In this document: positions 18,117 to 28,094 of the stretch, piece by piece
Layout of the letters: each line of letters begins with the position of its first letter
Numbering within the stretch: the first letter of the stretch is position 1
Sequence record: NC_016571.1
Strand: one strand, 5' to 3'
Length of the DNA: 64,000 nucleotides
The notes under the pieces: model-generated
What the model saw: only the letters and a program-made list of their open reading frames with translations
Database searches by the model: none
Told to the model about the DNA's origin: nothing
Made by a program: the position numbers and the translations under genes

Positions 18117-20594
18117 ATGTTAGTTAAACTGATTCTAAAGAATTACATTCCCTTAGCTAAAAAGAATGTGACTTATATCGAACTGAACACCAAAGATGTG
18201 TTTAACATCATCCTTGGTCGAAATGGGTTTGGTAAAACTTCTCTGATGAGACAGCTTACTGTATATCCACCAGATAACGCAGACTATATGCAAGGTGGTT
18301 ATAAAGAAAGTCATCATGTCATTGGTAAGAATAATTACATCCTGAAATCGACAACAGGGAAGTCTTCAGAGCACCACTTTATCCATAACGGTAAGGAGCT
18401 TAATGAAGGTAACACATTATTGGTTCAACGTGAGTTAGTTAAGATTCACTTTGGTGTTACACCAGCAATCAATAATGTCATTACTGGATTAGATGTTCGT
18501 GACTTATTCACGACCTTATCTACAGCTCGCCGTAAAGACTTCCTGATGGCTGTTAACCCAAATGACACCTCTTATGCTCTTAAGGTATTTGAACGTCTTA
18601 AAAGCAATCTGAACTCGATTAAAGGTGGGTTGAAAACTCAGCGTCAGCGTTTAGTCGTAGAGGAAGGTCGTTTATCTCAGTTAGCAGCAATGGACTCTGA
18701 TAAGCTGAACGAAGAGATTCGTGTACTGGATGACCAGATTAAGAATGCACTTCTTATTCATGGTGAGTTGTCTAATATCCAGCATGAAGATATCGTAGAC
18801 CTCCGTACTGAGATTGGTAACATCCTTTCTTTCTTAATTGGTGCTAACCATTCTGTTAAACATGGTCGTCATCAGTTATTGAGAATGAAGGAACAGTGTG
18901 AAGGAACGTTCGAGTATTATAAGAGTCGTGAAATTCGTTACTCAACCACTTTGACGGAATTGACAAGTCAGTTATCTGGCCTTGACCTGGGTAATAATAA
19001 CCTGGACAGTTATCGTCAACGTTTGGCTGTTAACCAAACAGCTATCGAGCTGAATACAGCTGAACTGGAAACACTCCAAAACCGATTTGACAAACACCCA
19101 ATATTTAACGAGATCATGGGTGATGAGAAATTCTACCACATTGCTGAAGAACTGATCTCTTCACTGCATTCGGTCAACCGTGCTCGTGATGCGGATATTA
19201 CTTCGTCTCGTTATGCTGCCAAAGTAGCAGAACTGAACGAGATCAAAATAGAACGAGATAACAAAAAGAATCAGGCTACTGAGATTCGTCATACATTGGC
19301 TCATTTCAATAAAGCTGATCTGATCAACTGTCCTAAGTGTGAAACTAAGTTTAAACTAGGGTTCGAGAACATCGACCTTAATAAACTTAATCATGATCTT
19401 GAAACCATTGAGACTCGTCTTAATGAATTACAAGAACGTTATCGTCTCGTGAATGATTACGTAGATGCTAACGAAGGGTGGTATGAGTCCATGATGGGAT
19501 TATCCCGTTATGCTCGTCGTACTGAATATCCAGCATTCATTACTAAGATCATTGGTGAATACCGTGTGGGTAAAACGGACATCTCCGTGTTGATTGATCT
19601 TATTCGTTCAACGGTAGCCATAGCAGATGTCAAGAAAACGCTTGCGGTCCTTGAAGAAGAAAATAAGAATGTCGAGACACAGATCAAGTTTCTGGAAAGC
19701 TCAAACGTCGAACTGTTGTTTAAAAGGGCGGCATGGGTCGAGCGTGAACTGGCTTCAGTTCAGAATTCTTCCCGAAGAGTCCTTAAACAAATCGAAGGAA
19801 TCGACGACCAACTTGGAACCATCATTCTCGATGCCCAAAAGAGAGATCGACTTGGTTACTTGATGGAAGAGTTAGAAGGGAAAGTTATTAACAATGGTAA
19901 GAATAAAATTCGTATGCGTGTTGCGGATGTTATTACTGAATTGACTCCTCGTAAGAGTCAGCTTATTAGTAACCTTATTCGTGCTGAATCCCTGAACTCA
20001 GTAATCCAATCTATCAAAGACAACATTGCAGACCTGGAACGTCGTGAGAAACACACTGCTTTATTAATGGACGGATTATCACCGACTAAAGGCATCATCG
20101 GTTATCTGATGAATGACTTCTTGAAATCGGTAGTTGCTAACGTTAATGCGATCATTCAACCTATCTGGACTAACCGTTTATCTGTGCTGAACTGCTCAAC
20201 CAGTAAGAGCGACGAAGATGTAGACTTGAGCTATAACTTCCCGCTTATCTCTGGTGCAAGCGATAAGACCAGTAAAGATATTGCAGAAGGTTCCGGTGGT
20301 GAGCGTGAGATCATTAACTTTGCATTCCGTTTAGTGCTTCGTCGTTACTTAGGTGACCGTTGTTCTATCCCATTAATGATGGATGAAGTGGGTGTTGCTT
20401 TTGATGAGCTACACAAAGGACGTTTCTCAGCATACATCGCTGAACAGTTACGTCTGGATAAATTACCGCAAACCTTTATGATTTCTCACAACTATAAAGA
20501 GTATGCGAGTCATGCCGATGCGAACATCATTGCGTTGAACACCGATGGTATTCGTGTTGGGTTCGAAGTCAATAAGAAATCTGTAATCAAATAA
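18117..20594 (+). CDS. sbcC: SbcC/Rad50-like SMC ATPase
   Basis: Walker A GRNGFGKT, long coiled coils, CPKC zinc hook, signature SGGERE, Walker B MMDEV and ISH switch. Confidence 0.85.
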   Translation: MLVKLILKNYIPLAKKNVTYIELNTKDVFNIILGRNGFGKTSLMRQLTVYPPDNADYMQGGYKESHHVIGKNNYILKSTTGKSSEHHFIHNGKELNEGNTLLVQRELVKIHFGVTPAINNVITGLDVRDLFTTLSTARRKDFLMAVNPNDTSYALKVFERLKSNLNSIKGGLKTQRQRLVVEEGRLSQLAAMDSDKLNEEIRVLDDQIKNALLIHGELSNIQHEDIVDLRTEIGNILSFLIGANHSVKHGRHQLLRMKEQCEGTFEYYKSREIRYSTTLTELTSQLSGLDLGNNNLDSYRQRLAVNQTAIELNTAELETLQNRFDKHPIFNEIMGDEKFYHIAEELISSLHSVNRARDADITSSRYAAKVAELNEIKIERDNKKNQATEIRHTLAHFNKADLINCPKCETKFKLGFENIDLNKLNHDLETIETRLNELQERYRLVNDYVDANEGWYESMMGLSRYARRTEYPAFITKIIGEYRVGKTDISVLIDLIRSTVAIADVKKTLAVLEEENKNVETQIKFLESSNVELLFKRAAWVERELASVQNSSRRVLKQIEGIDDQLGTIILDAQKRDRLGYLMEELEGKVINNGKNKIRMRVADVITELTPRKSQLISNLIRAESLNSVIQSIKDNIADLERREKHTALLMDGLSPTKGIIGYLMNDFLKSVVANVNAIIQPIWTNRLSVLNCSTSKSDEDVDLSYNFPLISGASDKTSKDIAEGSGGEREIINFAFRLVLRRYLGDRCSIPLMMDEVGVAFDELHKGRFSAYIAEQLRLDKLPQTFMISHNYKEYASHADANIIALNTDGIRVGFEVNKKSVIK

Positions 20595-20598
20595 CAAC

Positions 20599-20612
20599 GG
20601 GGCTTCGGCCCC
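20599..20612 (+). promoter_or_regulatory. Small c(UUCG)g hairpin
   Basis: GGGGC ttcg GCCCC between sbcC and the next SD. Confidence 0.45.
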
Positions 20613-20626
20613 ATTAAGGAAGAGTG

Positions 20627-21145
20627 ATGCAAAAGTTATTCCCTATCGCTAACAGAAATACCCGCCATCTGTTTATCGATCCACTGTTGAGTAAACCAAG
20701 CTTCGTTGCAGGTGAAGGTTATGTTAGTGGGGAAATGACCAGCTTTATTAAACCAGGTAAAGTTCCTAACCTGGCTGAGCTGTGCCGACCTGAAGATGTG
20801 AAGTTCACAGTAACAGAAGAACCCGATCCAACTACTATGGGTATCAGTGAGATCATGTTCGGCATGTATGACGAAAATAAGGAATGGCGCGTTGTATCCG
20901 TTACCGATCTCGATATTCCATTTGTTGCTGACGGCCCTGCTCGTTCGACAATCGATGGGTGCATGGCAGTCCAACATCCGTTCAAAGAAAAGGGTATGGT
21001 AAATATTCCAATCAGTCTTCTATATGAACGTGGGACTCGTGCGCTGACATTTAAAGAAGTTCCAAATGTCGGTTATGACTCTGGTGTTCCACAAATTCTG
21101 GGCATTAAACTGAACCTGGATTGGCGTGACGCTAAGATCGTTTAA
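20627..21145 (+). CDS. Hypothetical protein, paralog family A
   Basis: ATG 20627 after an AAGGA SD; similar to 28695-29307 and 25669-26106. Confidence 0.7.
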   Translation: MQKLFPIANRNTRHLFIDPLLSKPSFVAGEGYVSGEMTSFIKPGKVPNLAELCRPEDVKFTVTEEPDPTTMGISEIMFGMYDENKEWRVVSVTDLDIPFVADGPARSTIDGCMAVQHPFKEKGMVNIPISLLYERGTRALTFKEVPNVGYDSGVPQILGIKLNLDWRDAKIV

Positions 21146-21154
21146 TACATATCG

Positions 21155-21190
21155 ATTAAACTTCCTAGGATGATCCCTGGGAGGTTTAAT
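21155..21190 (+). terminator. Hairpin terminator
   Basis: ATTAAACTTCCTAGG atgatc CCTGGGAGGTTTAAT directly after the stop, preceded by ACATA. Confidence 0.55.
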
Positions 21191-21295
21191 CCTTGCGGTA
21201 AGGTGATTCATCGATAAAAATCAATCTTTTGTTAAAACACTCTTTATACGTCGCGAAAGCGGTGTGTAAAAAGTAGACCGCCAGTATATTTTAAG

Positions 21296-21317
21296 CAGAT
21301 ATTATCTTTATGTCTAA
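21296..21317 (+). promoter_or_regulatory. Putative phage promoter motif, copy 1
   Basis: CAGATATTATC-tttat-GTCTAA, matching copies at 34643, 39130 and 45446. Confidence 0.55.
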
Positions 21318-21368
21318 GCGATAGAAATATTTACTGCTCCGATCAATTTACTTATAGGTACTACACAC

Positions 21369-22136
21369 ATGAACAGGTTTATCTTAACCATCTTTCTCTT
21401 AATGGCGAGTACTCTGGTTTACGGGTCCGTAGGTGCTAATCCTGACGACTATACCAGAACAGTTGTAATGAAGCGTTTCGATGCAGTCAAGCATGACTTC
21501 TATGAAGCGTCCAAAGCAACAGGAATGGATATGGGTGATCTTGTTGCCATTGCCAGTATTGAATCAACATTAAATAAGACCGCCAAGAATAAAGCTCCCG
21601 GAACGTCCAGTGGACTATTGGGTTACACCAATGGTACTTGGCAATCGGACCGCAAAGCTTATCATAAAGATCTTGGTCTCTCAGCTAATGTTAGTAAAGG
21701 TAACGTCAGAGCCAATTTACTGATTGGTGGAAAAAGCTTAGTCGAAACAGAAAGATTTCTCATAGAAAATTCGCATTTGACTGTAGAGACAGTCAGAAAA
21801 GGCGACCTTTATATGAGTCATTTCTTAGGAACTACAGGAGCACTCCGCGTCATTAACTCGAATAGTTACACGCCGATGTCTAAACTCGTTAGTATTTCTA
21901 AGGCCAATCGAGTCCACTTTGTCAAGCCAAATGGTCAGGTGCGTACAGCACGTGAGTTCCGCTTGTACATGGACATGTTGGTGAAACGTGAACGCGCTTT
22001 TTACGCAGAGGAGATCCAGAAATATCAACTGGCTAAACTTACCGAACAACTTCCTTCTTCTGTAGCGGACTCCATCAATGACGTCATGTCAATCGCTACC
22101 AATAACACATCCAAGTATGTAGGTTGGTCGCTGTAA
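21369..22136 (+). CDS. SLT-family lytic transglycosylase with N-terminal signal peptide (endolysin candidate)
   Basis: Signal-like MNRFILTIFLLMASTLVYG; catalytic AIASIES; SSGLLGYTNGTW and YMSHFLG motifs. Confidence 0.8.
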   Translation: MNRFILTIFLLMASTLVYGSVGANPDDYTRTVVMKRFDAVKHDFYEASKATGMDMGDLVAIASIESTLNKTAKNKAPGTSSGLLGYTNGTWQSDRKAYHKDLGLSANVSKGNVRANLLIGGKSLVETERFLIENSHLTVETVRKGDLYMSHFLGTTGALRVINSNSYTPMSKLVSISKANRVHFVKPNGQVRTAREFRLYMDMLVKRERAFYAEEIQKYQLAKLTEQLPSSVADSINDVMSIATNNTSKYVGWSL

Positions 22137-22203
22137 AAACTTAATATCTACGCACTGTGTGATGTTGTGAGAGGAACAATTTTTCATAAAGAGGTTAGCT
22201 CAT

Positions 22204-22467
22204 ATGAGCATTAGACAAATTAACTGCACTTTCGACAGGAATGGTATTTTATCTCCGGTTGCTAGTTCGGGTCCAAACACAACAGTCGCATTAGTCAATA
22301 TCCAGGGAGACCAGGTTACTGGTAAGACTGGAACAATCAGTTACGCTGGTAGTGTTCGAGCATTCTTGACATTTGACCATCTCGGTTTACGAGTTGAATC
22401 ATACACGTTAACGGTGCAAGACTATGCGACTCAGGTTTCTGTTGAAAATATCGTACGCGTTATTTAA
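22204..22467 (+). CDS. Hypothetical protein (87 aa, beta-rich)
   Basis: ORF with GAGG SD. Confidence 0.65.
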   Translation: MSIRQINCTFDRNGILSPVASSGPNTTVALVNIQGDQVTGKTGTISYAGSVRAFLTFDHLGLRVESYTLTVQDYATQVSVENIVRVI

Positions 22468-22476
22468 TATCAAAAC

Positions 22477-22510
22477 TTAACTTGGGATGGGTAACTCCGT
22501 CCCAAGTTAA
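22477..22510 (+). terminator. Hairpin terminator/processing site
   Basis: TTAACTTGGGATGG gtaact CCGTCCCAAGTTAA, then TATG at 22513. Confidence 0.55.
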
Positions 22511-22532
22511 CCTATGCTGTTCGTGAGGTATA

Positions 22533-22910
22533 ATGGAGAAACGTAATAAACCTGCATCTATTTTCATTGAACATCCGAAAGGATTTAGAATGGATATTTT
22601 TGTTGACTTCACTGGAGATAGTACACTAACAGAAAGAGAAACAATAGCAAGAATTGCAAGAGTCGAAACGTGCCTGAGTAAAAATGGAATGGGTGTCGTA
22701 AAGGACTCATTTAATATCATGTTCGATTCGTATTACATGCTCATGACTGCGATCAAAGAGCGATACATTGAAGATATTACATTGCCTAATTTCGATACCT
22801 TTACCAAAGAAGATATTGAAGAAGCAATAGTCTTCCTTATTAAATCAGATAAAGCTTGTTCCTTATTCGATGAGATATTCGATGACGACCAGGCAGCAAT
22901 CGTACACTAA
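22533..22910 (+). CDS. Hypothetical protein
   Basis: 125-aa ORF with GAGGT SD. Confidence 0.7.
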   Translation: MEKRNKPASIFIEHPKGFRMDIFVDFTGDSTLTERETIARIARVETCLSKNGMGVVKDSFNIMFDSYYMLMTAIKERYIEDITLPNFDTFTKEDIEEAIVFLIKSDKACSLFDEIFDDDQAAIVH

Positions 22911-22925
22911 CCATAGAGAAATAGA

Positions 22926-23675
22926 ATGCAAACTTTTGAAACGGTATTGTTCCACGAGAAGGATTGGAAAATAACGCTGGTCACTGAAAGAACGCCAGTG
23001 GATAAAGTAACCTCCTTCTTCAAAGTTCATTTCGTTGCAGGTGATGTCCCCCGTGTGGCTAAACGCTGTTGGTCTTATGACGGCTATCTCCACACAAAGA
23101 AAGTTTTTGCTGATCACGTAACACACCCACGTCGTTACACCCCTTTCGATATGCATTGGAAGTTAGATCGTGACTACGGGGAAGATTTCAAAGAGATGAT
23201 GGTTAGTCTAATTGAGAACCCGTTCCTCATGGCTAAGATTTGCGAACACAACCGCAAGACCAAACATCAACCCCATCTATTAAAAGGACACACTTACGTT
23301 AATAAGGAAATGGACGAACATCTCTTTGACGTATTCGATGAGCCTGACGTGGGTATTAAGCTGTGGTTTAAACTGAAGTCCGAGAAAGCCAAAGCTAAGT
23401 TAGAAGGATGCATCCAGTTCGATGGTGAGAATTGTGAATTGGATATTGACCGCTTCTTTGAAAGTCAGACGCCTCTTCTGAATCCTACTGCTGTTCAGAA
23501 TGCAGTAATGGGTTCGATTGTTGATGTCATGGCTCGTGCTCATCCTGATGAGCTTGATCGTAAAGATATCGTGGCAGAGATTGTCAAGTGGTTTGAAGAA
23601 AGCCGCTTCGGTCTCAATTTCTTATTAAATAAACTGAATAAGGAATACCCTGTACGCACTGCGACAAAATGTTAA
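22926..23675 (+). CDS. Hypothetical protein
   Basis: 249-aa ORF in the operon with the ligase. Confidence 0.7.
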   Translation: MQTFETVLFHEKDWKITLVTERTPVDKVTSFFKVHFVAGDVPRVAKRCWSYDGYLHTKKVFADHVTHPRRYTPFDMHWKLDRDYGEDFKEMMVSLIENPFLMAKICEHNRKTKHQPHLLKGHTYVNKEMDEHLFDVFDEPDVGIKLWFKLKSEKAKAKLEGCIQFDGENCELDIDRFFESQTPLLNPTAVQNAVMGSIVDVMARAHPDELDRKDIVAEIVKWFEESRFGLNFLLNKLNKEYPVRTATKC

Positions 23676-23685
23676 AGGAGACGTA

Positions 23686-25659
23686 ATGTCTAATAAGGTA
23701 AAACGCTTGCTCGAGTTACAGGCTCAGATTAAGTATCATGACTACATGTACTTTGATCAGGATAAGCCGGTGATCTCTGATGCCAAGTATGACGAGATGG
23801 TTGCTGAATATCAGGAACTCCTCGAAGAACACCCTGAATTTGATCCAGCGAAACATACTGTAGGATTTGTGGCTCCAGATCCCTCAATGGAAACCGTTAT
23901 GATTGTCGAGCCGATGCTATCAATTGGCAAACGCAAGACTAAAGCCGATTTCCAGAAATGGATTACTCAGAATGTTTCAACCGATGCGATCTACGAAGAC
24001 AAGCTGGATGGGATGGCTCTGCGCATCGTTTACCATTATGGTGAGCTTATGTGCATCCATACTCGTGGTAATGGAACTGTGGGAGCAGTTCTAAGTCATC
24101 GCCGTCATTTGCTGTTGAATGTCCCTGACTATATTGCCGAAGATAAGGAAGAACCCGTAACTGAGTATACTGGGGAAGCGTTATGCATGTATGCTGATTT
24201 TGAAGCGTATGCAAAACGCCATGAGTTAGATATTAAAGATATCGATACTCGTTCCACGGTGTCTGGGTTAATGAAACGTCAGAAGTCTTCAGATCGTGAT
24301 GATCTTCCTATTTACTTCAAGTGTTATAACGCGAGCAGCAATGTTCGTAATCGTTACGGGTTTTATACCCAGCTACGTCAACACTTTATCGCTTCAGGTT
24401 TCGACTTACCTAAGTTGTTGTCACCAACCGCTGTAGAAGCTCTCCTGGACCTTCCAAGCAAACCAATCGATACTTATCCTGTCGACGGTATTGTGGCTAA
24501 GGACGACGATTTGAGGAGCTGGGATAAGGAACAGGATGCGCAGTACTATTCTTATGCAATCTGTTACAAATATCCAACCTTGGCTCTGCAAAGTAAAGTC
24601 ACGGGTATTGATTGGTCTATCGCTAATAGTGGTGAGTTGATTGGTACATTGATGTACGAGCCTGTTGACTATGACGGAACTAAATTGTCCCGTTGTAAGT
24701 TAGACTATGCTGCAAGCTATTTCGAGAAAGGCTTGCGTATCAACTCCATTATCAGCGTAACGAAATCAAATGAAATTGTACCCAAGCTTGTGTCTTTGGT
24801 TGAGCCTGGCACTGGTCTCAAGCTTTCATATCCTGAGTTCTGTCCATTCTGTAATAAACCTGTTCGTATGGATGATGACAATAAGGTTGCTTTCTGCGTA
24901 AACCCTGACTGTGAAGGTCAGTTGTTGAAACAGTTAACCCGCCTGTCTGAAATCGATGCGTTCGATATTAAAGGTTTGGGTCCCAAACGTATTCAAGCAT
25001 TGTTAGACCATGGATTCTTATCCAATCCGTCTGACCTGTTTGAGTTAACCGAAGAAGACCTTATCAATGCAGGAATTGATCTTGCCACATCAGGTTCCAT
25101 AATGGAACAGATTGGTAAACTGGATGACAAAGACATCAGCCGTTGGCTGGTTGCTTTAGCTATCCCTGAGTTAGGTGTTGGTCGTGCTATTGACATCTCT
25201 AACTTAGCTGCAACGAACGGAATGAATGATGGATTGAAGTTCAGTAACCTGGATGATTTCATTCGTATCATGACTGACGGCATGTTCCTTAAGAATACGT
25301 TTGGATTGGATGGATTGGTTATCGGAATGCATATCAAAACGCATGAAGAAGAGATCCGTAAATTCCTATCCCACTATACGTTTAACAAGGAACGCACGGG
25401 CATCGCTCAGGGAGTCCCTGTATCGATCTCTGGCGGTTGGCCGGTGCTTACACGGGGATTATTAGCGGAAGGTCTTGCTAACGCCGGATACGTGCTCTCA
25501 GACACTGTCTCGCAGTCAGCCAAGGTGTTACTCACCGGAACTAAACCTAGTCCTGGTAAGATAGCCAAAGCTAATCGCTGGGGTATTCCGATTATTAACA
25601 TTACGTCGGTATATGACATTGCAACCATTGCCGTATTGATTGCTAATGCAAATAAATAA
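23686..25659 (+). CDS. ligA: NAD-dependent DNA ligase
   Basis: YHDYMYF..VISDAKYD (Ia), adenylation EDKLDG, TRGNG, DGIVAK, YKYP, CPFC..C..C zinc finger, HhH region and a C-terminal BRCT-like domain. Confidence 0.92.
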   Translation: MSNKVKRLLELQAQIKYHDYMYFDQDKPVISDAKYDEMVAEYQELLEEHPEFDPAKHTVGFVAPDPSMETVMIVEPMLSIGKRKTKADFQKWITQNVSTDAIYEDKLDGMALRIVYHYGELMCIHTRGNGTVGAVLSHRRHLLLNVPDYIAEDKEEPVTEYTGEALCMYADFEAYAKRHELDIKDIDTRSTVSGLMKRQKSSDRDDLPIYFKCYNASSNVRNRYGFYTQLRQHFIASGFDLPKLLSPTAVEALLDLPSKPIDTYPVDGIVAKDDDLRSWDKEQDAQYYSYAICYKYPTLALQSKVTGIDWSIANSGELIGTLMYEPVDYDGTKLSRCKLDYAASYFEKGLRINSIISVTKSNEIVPKLVSLVEPGTGLKLSYPEFCPFCNKPVRMDDDNKVAFCVNPDCEGQLLKQLTRLSEIDAFDIKGLGPKRIQALLDHGFLSNPSDLFELTEEDLINAGIDLATSGSIMEQIGKLDDKDISRWLVALAIPELGVGRAIDISNLAATNGMNDGLKFSNLDDFIRIMTDGMFLKNTFGLDGLVIGMHIKTHEEEIRKFLSHYTFNKERTGIAQGVPVSISGGWPVLTRGLLAEGLANAGYVLSDTVSQSAKVLLTGTKPSPGKIAKANRWGIPIINITSVYDIATIAVLIANANK

Positions 25660-25668
25660 GGTGGGCAA

Positions 25669-26106
25669 GTGATCTATCCAACCTGTAACCCAAGAACTGA
25701 ACCATATCTCATTAAGGGGGTGGCCCCAGTTCAGCAAAACGGACATGAACTCTGTTTCTTTAAACCTGGCATTATTAACAACGCCAAAGAACTATTCATT
25801 GCTCCGTATGTCCCGGACTTTGAAGACATCACTATTGACTCTGAATCTCTAACCCCTGTCAGATTACTGATGGAAGGTATCGACCCCAATGGTAATAGTG
25901 TACGGTTCTTTGCTGGTAAGGAAGATGATAAAACGCATTGTTCTTATTTGTTAGGTAACCTAGAATTCGAGTATGAAGTGGTTCTCACTCATACCGACAA
26001 ATCAGATACTCTTTCTATAGAGTTAAAGGTAAAGAACTGGACCTCAACTGGAACACTTAAAGCGTTGAGTGTGATCGGTGTGGCTATCGCCGCAAAGCTT
26101 AAGTAA
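25669..26106 (+). CDS. Hypothetical protein, probable paralog family A
   Basis: GTG start with AAGGTGG SD; FFKPGIINNAKELF aligns with FIKPGKVPNLAELC of 20627. Confidence 0.6.
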   Translation: MIYPTCNPRTEPYLIKGVAPVQQNGHELCFFKPGIINNAKELFIAPYVPDFEDITIDSESLTPVRLLMEGIDPNGNSVRFFAGKEDDKTHCSYLLGNLEFEYEVVLTHTDKSDTLSIELKVKNWTSTGTLKALSVIGVAIAAKLK

Positions 26107-26121
26107 CAAGCAAATTAAATA

Positions 26122-26151
26122 AGAACTCTACCCGTCATTGGGTAGAGTTCT
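26122..26151 (+). terminator. Hairpin terminator
   Basis: AGAACTCTACCC gtcatt GGGTAGAGTTCT followed by a T-rich tract. Confidence 0.75.
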
Positions 26152-26177
26152 ATTCTTTCTTTTATTAAGGAGTTTTT

Positions 26178-26486
26178 ATGTTCCGTAAACATTTGGTTAT
26201 CATCCGTGGTCAATATGCTGGCATCGCTCATGGTGCTCAGAAAGTTATTGATAAAATGCAGGGACAGGACGATATCTTTCTGATTGAAGAATCAGACCAG
26301 TGTTTCACCGTAGTTGCAGGTGACGAAGATTTCAACCGCTTCGCTAAGATGTTCATGGGTGAATGGCAGGTCAGTGTTGTTAAGACTGGTCAGTTACCTG
26401 ATTACACGAACGTTCTGGTGTTCGGTAAGGTCATGGACGGCGCTCTGCAACAACGCGCTCAAGACATCGCTAAGAAAATGTTCTAA
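26178..26486 (+). CDS. Hypothetical protein
   Basis: 102 aa, AAGGAG SD. Confidence 0.75.
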   Translation: MFRKHLVIIRGQYAGIAHGAQKVIDKMQGQDDIFLIEESDQCFTVVAGDEDFNRFAKMFMGEWQVSVVKTGQLPDYTNVLVFGKVMDGALQQRAQDIAKKMF

Positions 26487-26495
26487 GGGGTAATC

Positions 26496-27116
26496 ATGGA
26501 AAAACATTACGATTTACAGCGTCGTGGTAATGACGGTTGGATTCTTAATCGTGGTGACCATCAGATCCAAATCTTCCGTCTTCGTGAAGAAATCCAGATA
26601 GGTCCTCATTTTAAGAAGGAACTCTGCGGGGTAGCTTTCCGATATCAAGATTCATCAAAGAACGATCCACAGGAATCTATAACCCTTAGTCTGAAAACAA
26701 TCGATCCGGAACATGATAATACAGATCACTCCCTTATTTATATGACCAGGAAGATATTAGAGCAGGTTCACCTGGGAACCTTTGGTCAGGAATGTTCACG
26801 TTTAAATGAGCGCACTGAGTTTCTGGAATATATCCTGAAGTTCTTGGGCGAAGATCCAAACGTCTATATCGACCGACCTATTCGTATCCCCATTGATACC
26901 CCTATTGGTAAACAGTGGTTGGTAAATTTGGAGGATGAACGATACTACGCAACTCGTAGTTATAGTCCAAGTGACGATTTATATACCACGACCATCCATC
27001 TGACAAATACGAAGTTTCAAATTGGTTCAGGTAAGTATAAAAACCAATCCATGACCTTCATGAGTAAAACTGCCGTCCCGCTGGACATTAATGCGGTAGT
27101 TCTGGTGTTTAAATAA
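26496..27116 (+). CDS. Hypothetical protein
   Basis: 206 aa, AAGGGG SD. Confidence 0.7.
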   Translation: MEKHYDLQRRGNDGWILNRGDHQIQIFRLREEIQIGPHFKKELCGVAFRYQDSSKNDPQESITLSLKTIDPEHDNTDHSLIYMTRKILEQVHLGTFGQECSRLNERTEFLEYILKFLGEDPNVYIDRPIRIPIDTPIGKQWLVNLEDERYYATRSYSPSDDLYTTTIHLTNTKFQIGSGKYKNQSMTFMSKTAVPLDINAVVLVFK

Positions 27117-27123
27117 TTAGGAT

Positions 27124-27149
27124 CCTCTGAGGGCAAGTGCCCTCAGAGG
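27124..27149 (+). terminator. Hairpin
   Basis: CCTCTGAGGGC aagt GCCCTCAGAGG, perfect 11 bp. Confidence 0.55.
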
Positions 27150-27176
27150 TCCATTAAACTAAAGGAGTTTTATTTC

Positions 27177-27944
27177 ATGGGTGTTTTAAGAAAATTTGAT
27201 CCAGAATTAGACCAATACTTCAGTAACGATGATCCCAAATATGTTATTAGGGATTTAATATATGAATCTGAGTTAGGGAAGACCAGAGTACAATGGACCA
27301 GGGGTTTGAATACGGTAAATGCCCCATATTACGATCAAGATGGAAACCAGGTTAAATTAATCGGCGACGATTCAATCAACATTAGTGTCGTGGGGCCTGG
27401 CTCTAGTATCATGTACGCCCAGTATCCAAGTGATGATTTGGATCCAAGTATCCCCACCTTGGAATCGGTGATTAACAAAGCGTATGAGTACCTAGTTCTT
27501 AGAACAGTACAGCCCCAACCTATATCCGAATCTGATCCAGATATCGAATGGATGGCCGGTTTAACTGTGGAGAACTTACTCCTGATGATAGACGATCTTC
27601 AAATTAACATATCTGATTTTTCCACAAAGAACCCGGTCATAATCATGGGGCCCAAATGGAGACCAGTTAAAGAGTGTGGATTAAACCACTCTAAAGAGTA
27701 TTATGCTTATAATAAGGACGGATCCAATAGATACTCAGTTAGAATGAACGTCACTGATGGGTTTATAAATTATTATGTATCACAGTACAAAGAAGTGACA
27801 ATCAAGCATGGTGATTGGGTTGTCGGTGTTATTTATGAACCGACAGAGACTAAAATTCATAAAGTTCCTCTTGCCGAGGCTCATGCCATCACCACAAAGC
27901 AAATAGGAATTTTATTTAATGATGATGTTGAACAAGTGTCTTAA
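27177..27944 (+). CDS. Hypothetical protein
   Basis: 255 aa, AAGGAG SD. Confidence 0.7.
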   Translation: MGVLRKFDPELDQYFSNDDPKYVIRDLIYESELGKTRVQWTRGLNTVNAPYYDQDGNQVKLIGDDSINISVVGPGSSIMYAQYPSDDLDPSIPTLESVINKAYEYLVLRTVQPQPISESDPDIEWMAGLTVENLLLMIDDLQINISDFSTKNPVIIMGPKWRPVKECGLNHSKEYYAYNKDGSNRYSVRMNVTDGFINYYVSQYKEVTIKHGDWVVGVIYEPTETKIHKVPLAEAHAITTKQIGILFNDDVEQVS

Positions 27945-27955
27945 CTAATATAAAA

Positions 27956-27977
27956 GAGAGGTCCGTTTGGACCTCTC
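27956..27977 (+). terminator. Hairpin terminator
   Basis: GAGAGGTCC gttt GGACCTCTC followed by TATGTTTGTTT. Confidence 0.65.
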
Positions 27978-28051
27978 CTCTATGTTTGTTTGAAAAAATA
28001 GGGTTCTACCTATAATAAGGTAGATAATGTTTATTAATCTGGAGATTTCTT

Positions 28052-28087
28052 ATGAAGAGTGAACTTCCCTGTTCCTCAGTAATTTAA
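28052..28087 (+). CDS. Putative 11-aa leader ORF (MKSELPCSSVI)
   Basis: GGAG SD at 28041; its TAA overlaps the TAAGGAGG SD of RNase H. Confidence 0.3.
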   Translation: MKSELPCSSVI

Positions 28088-28094
28088 GGAGGGG

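Noticed and set aside
18117-20594. SbcC without an adjacent SbcD as a novelty
   Set aside because: Unlinked sbcC and sbcD genes are known in phiKZ-like phages; the partner may be outside the window.
27990-28016. Sigma70-like promoter TTGAAA...TATAAT upstream of rnhA
   Set aside because: The spacer is only 15 nt, too short to call confidently.
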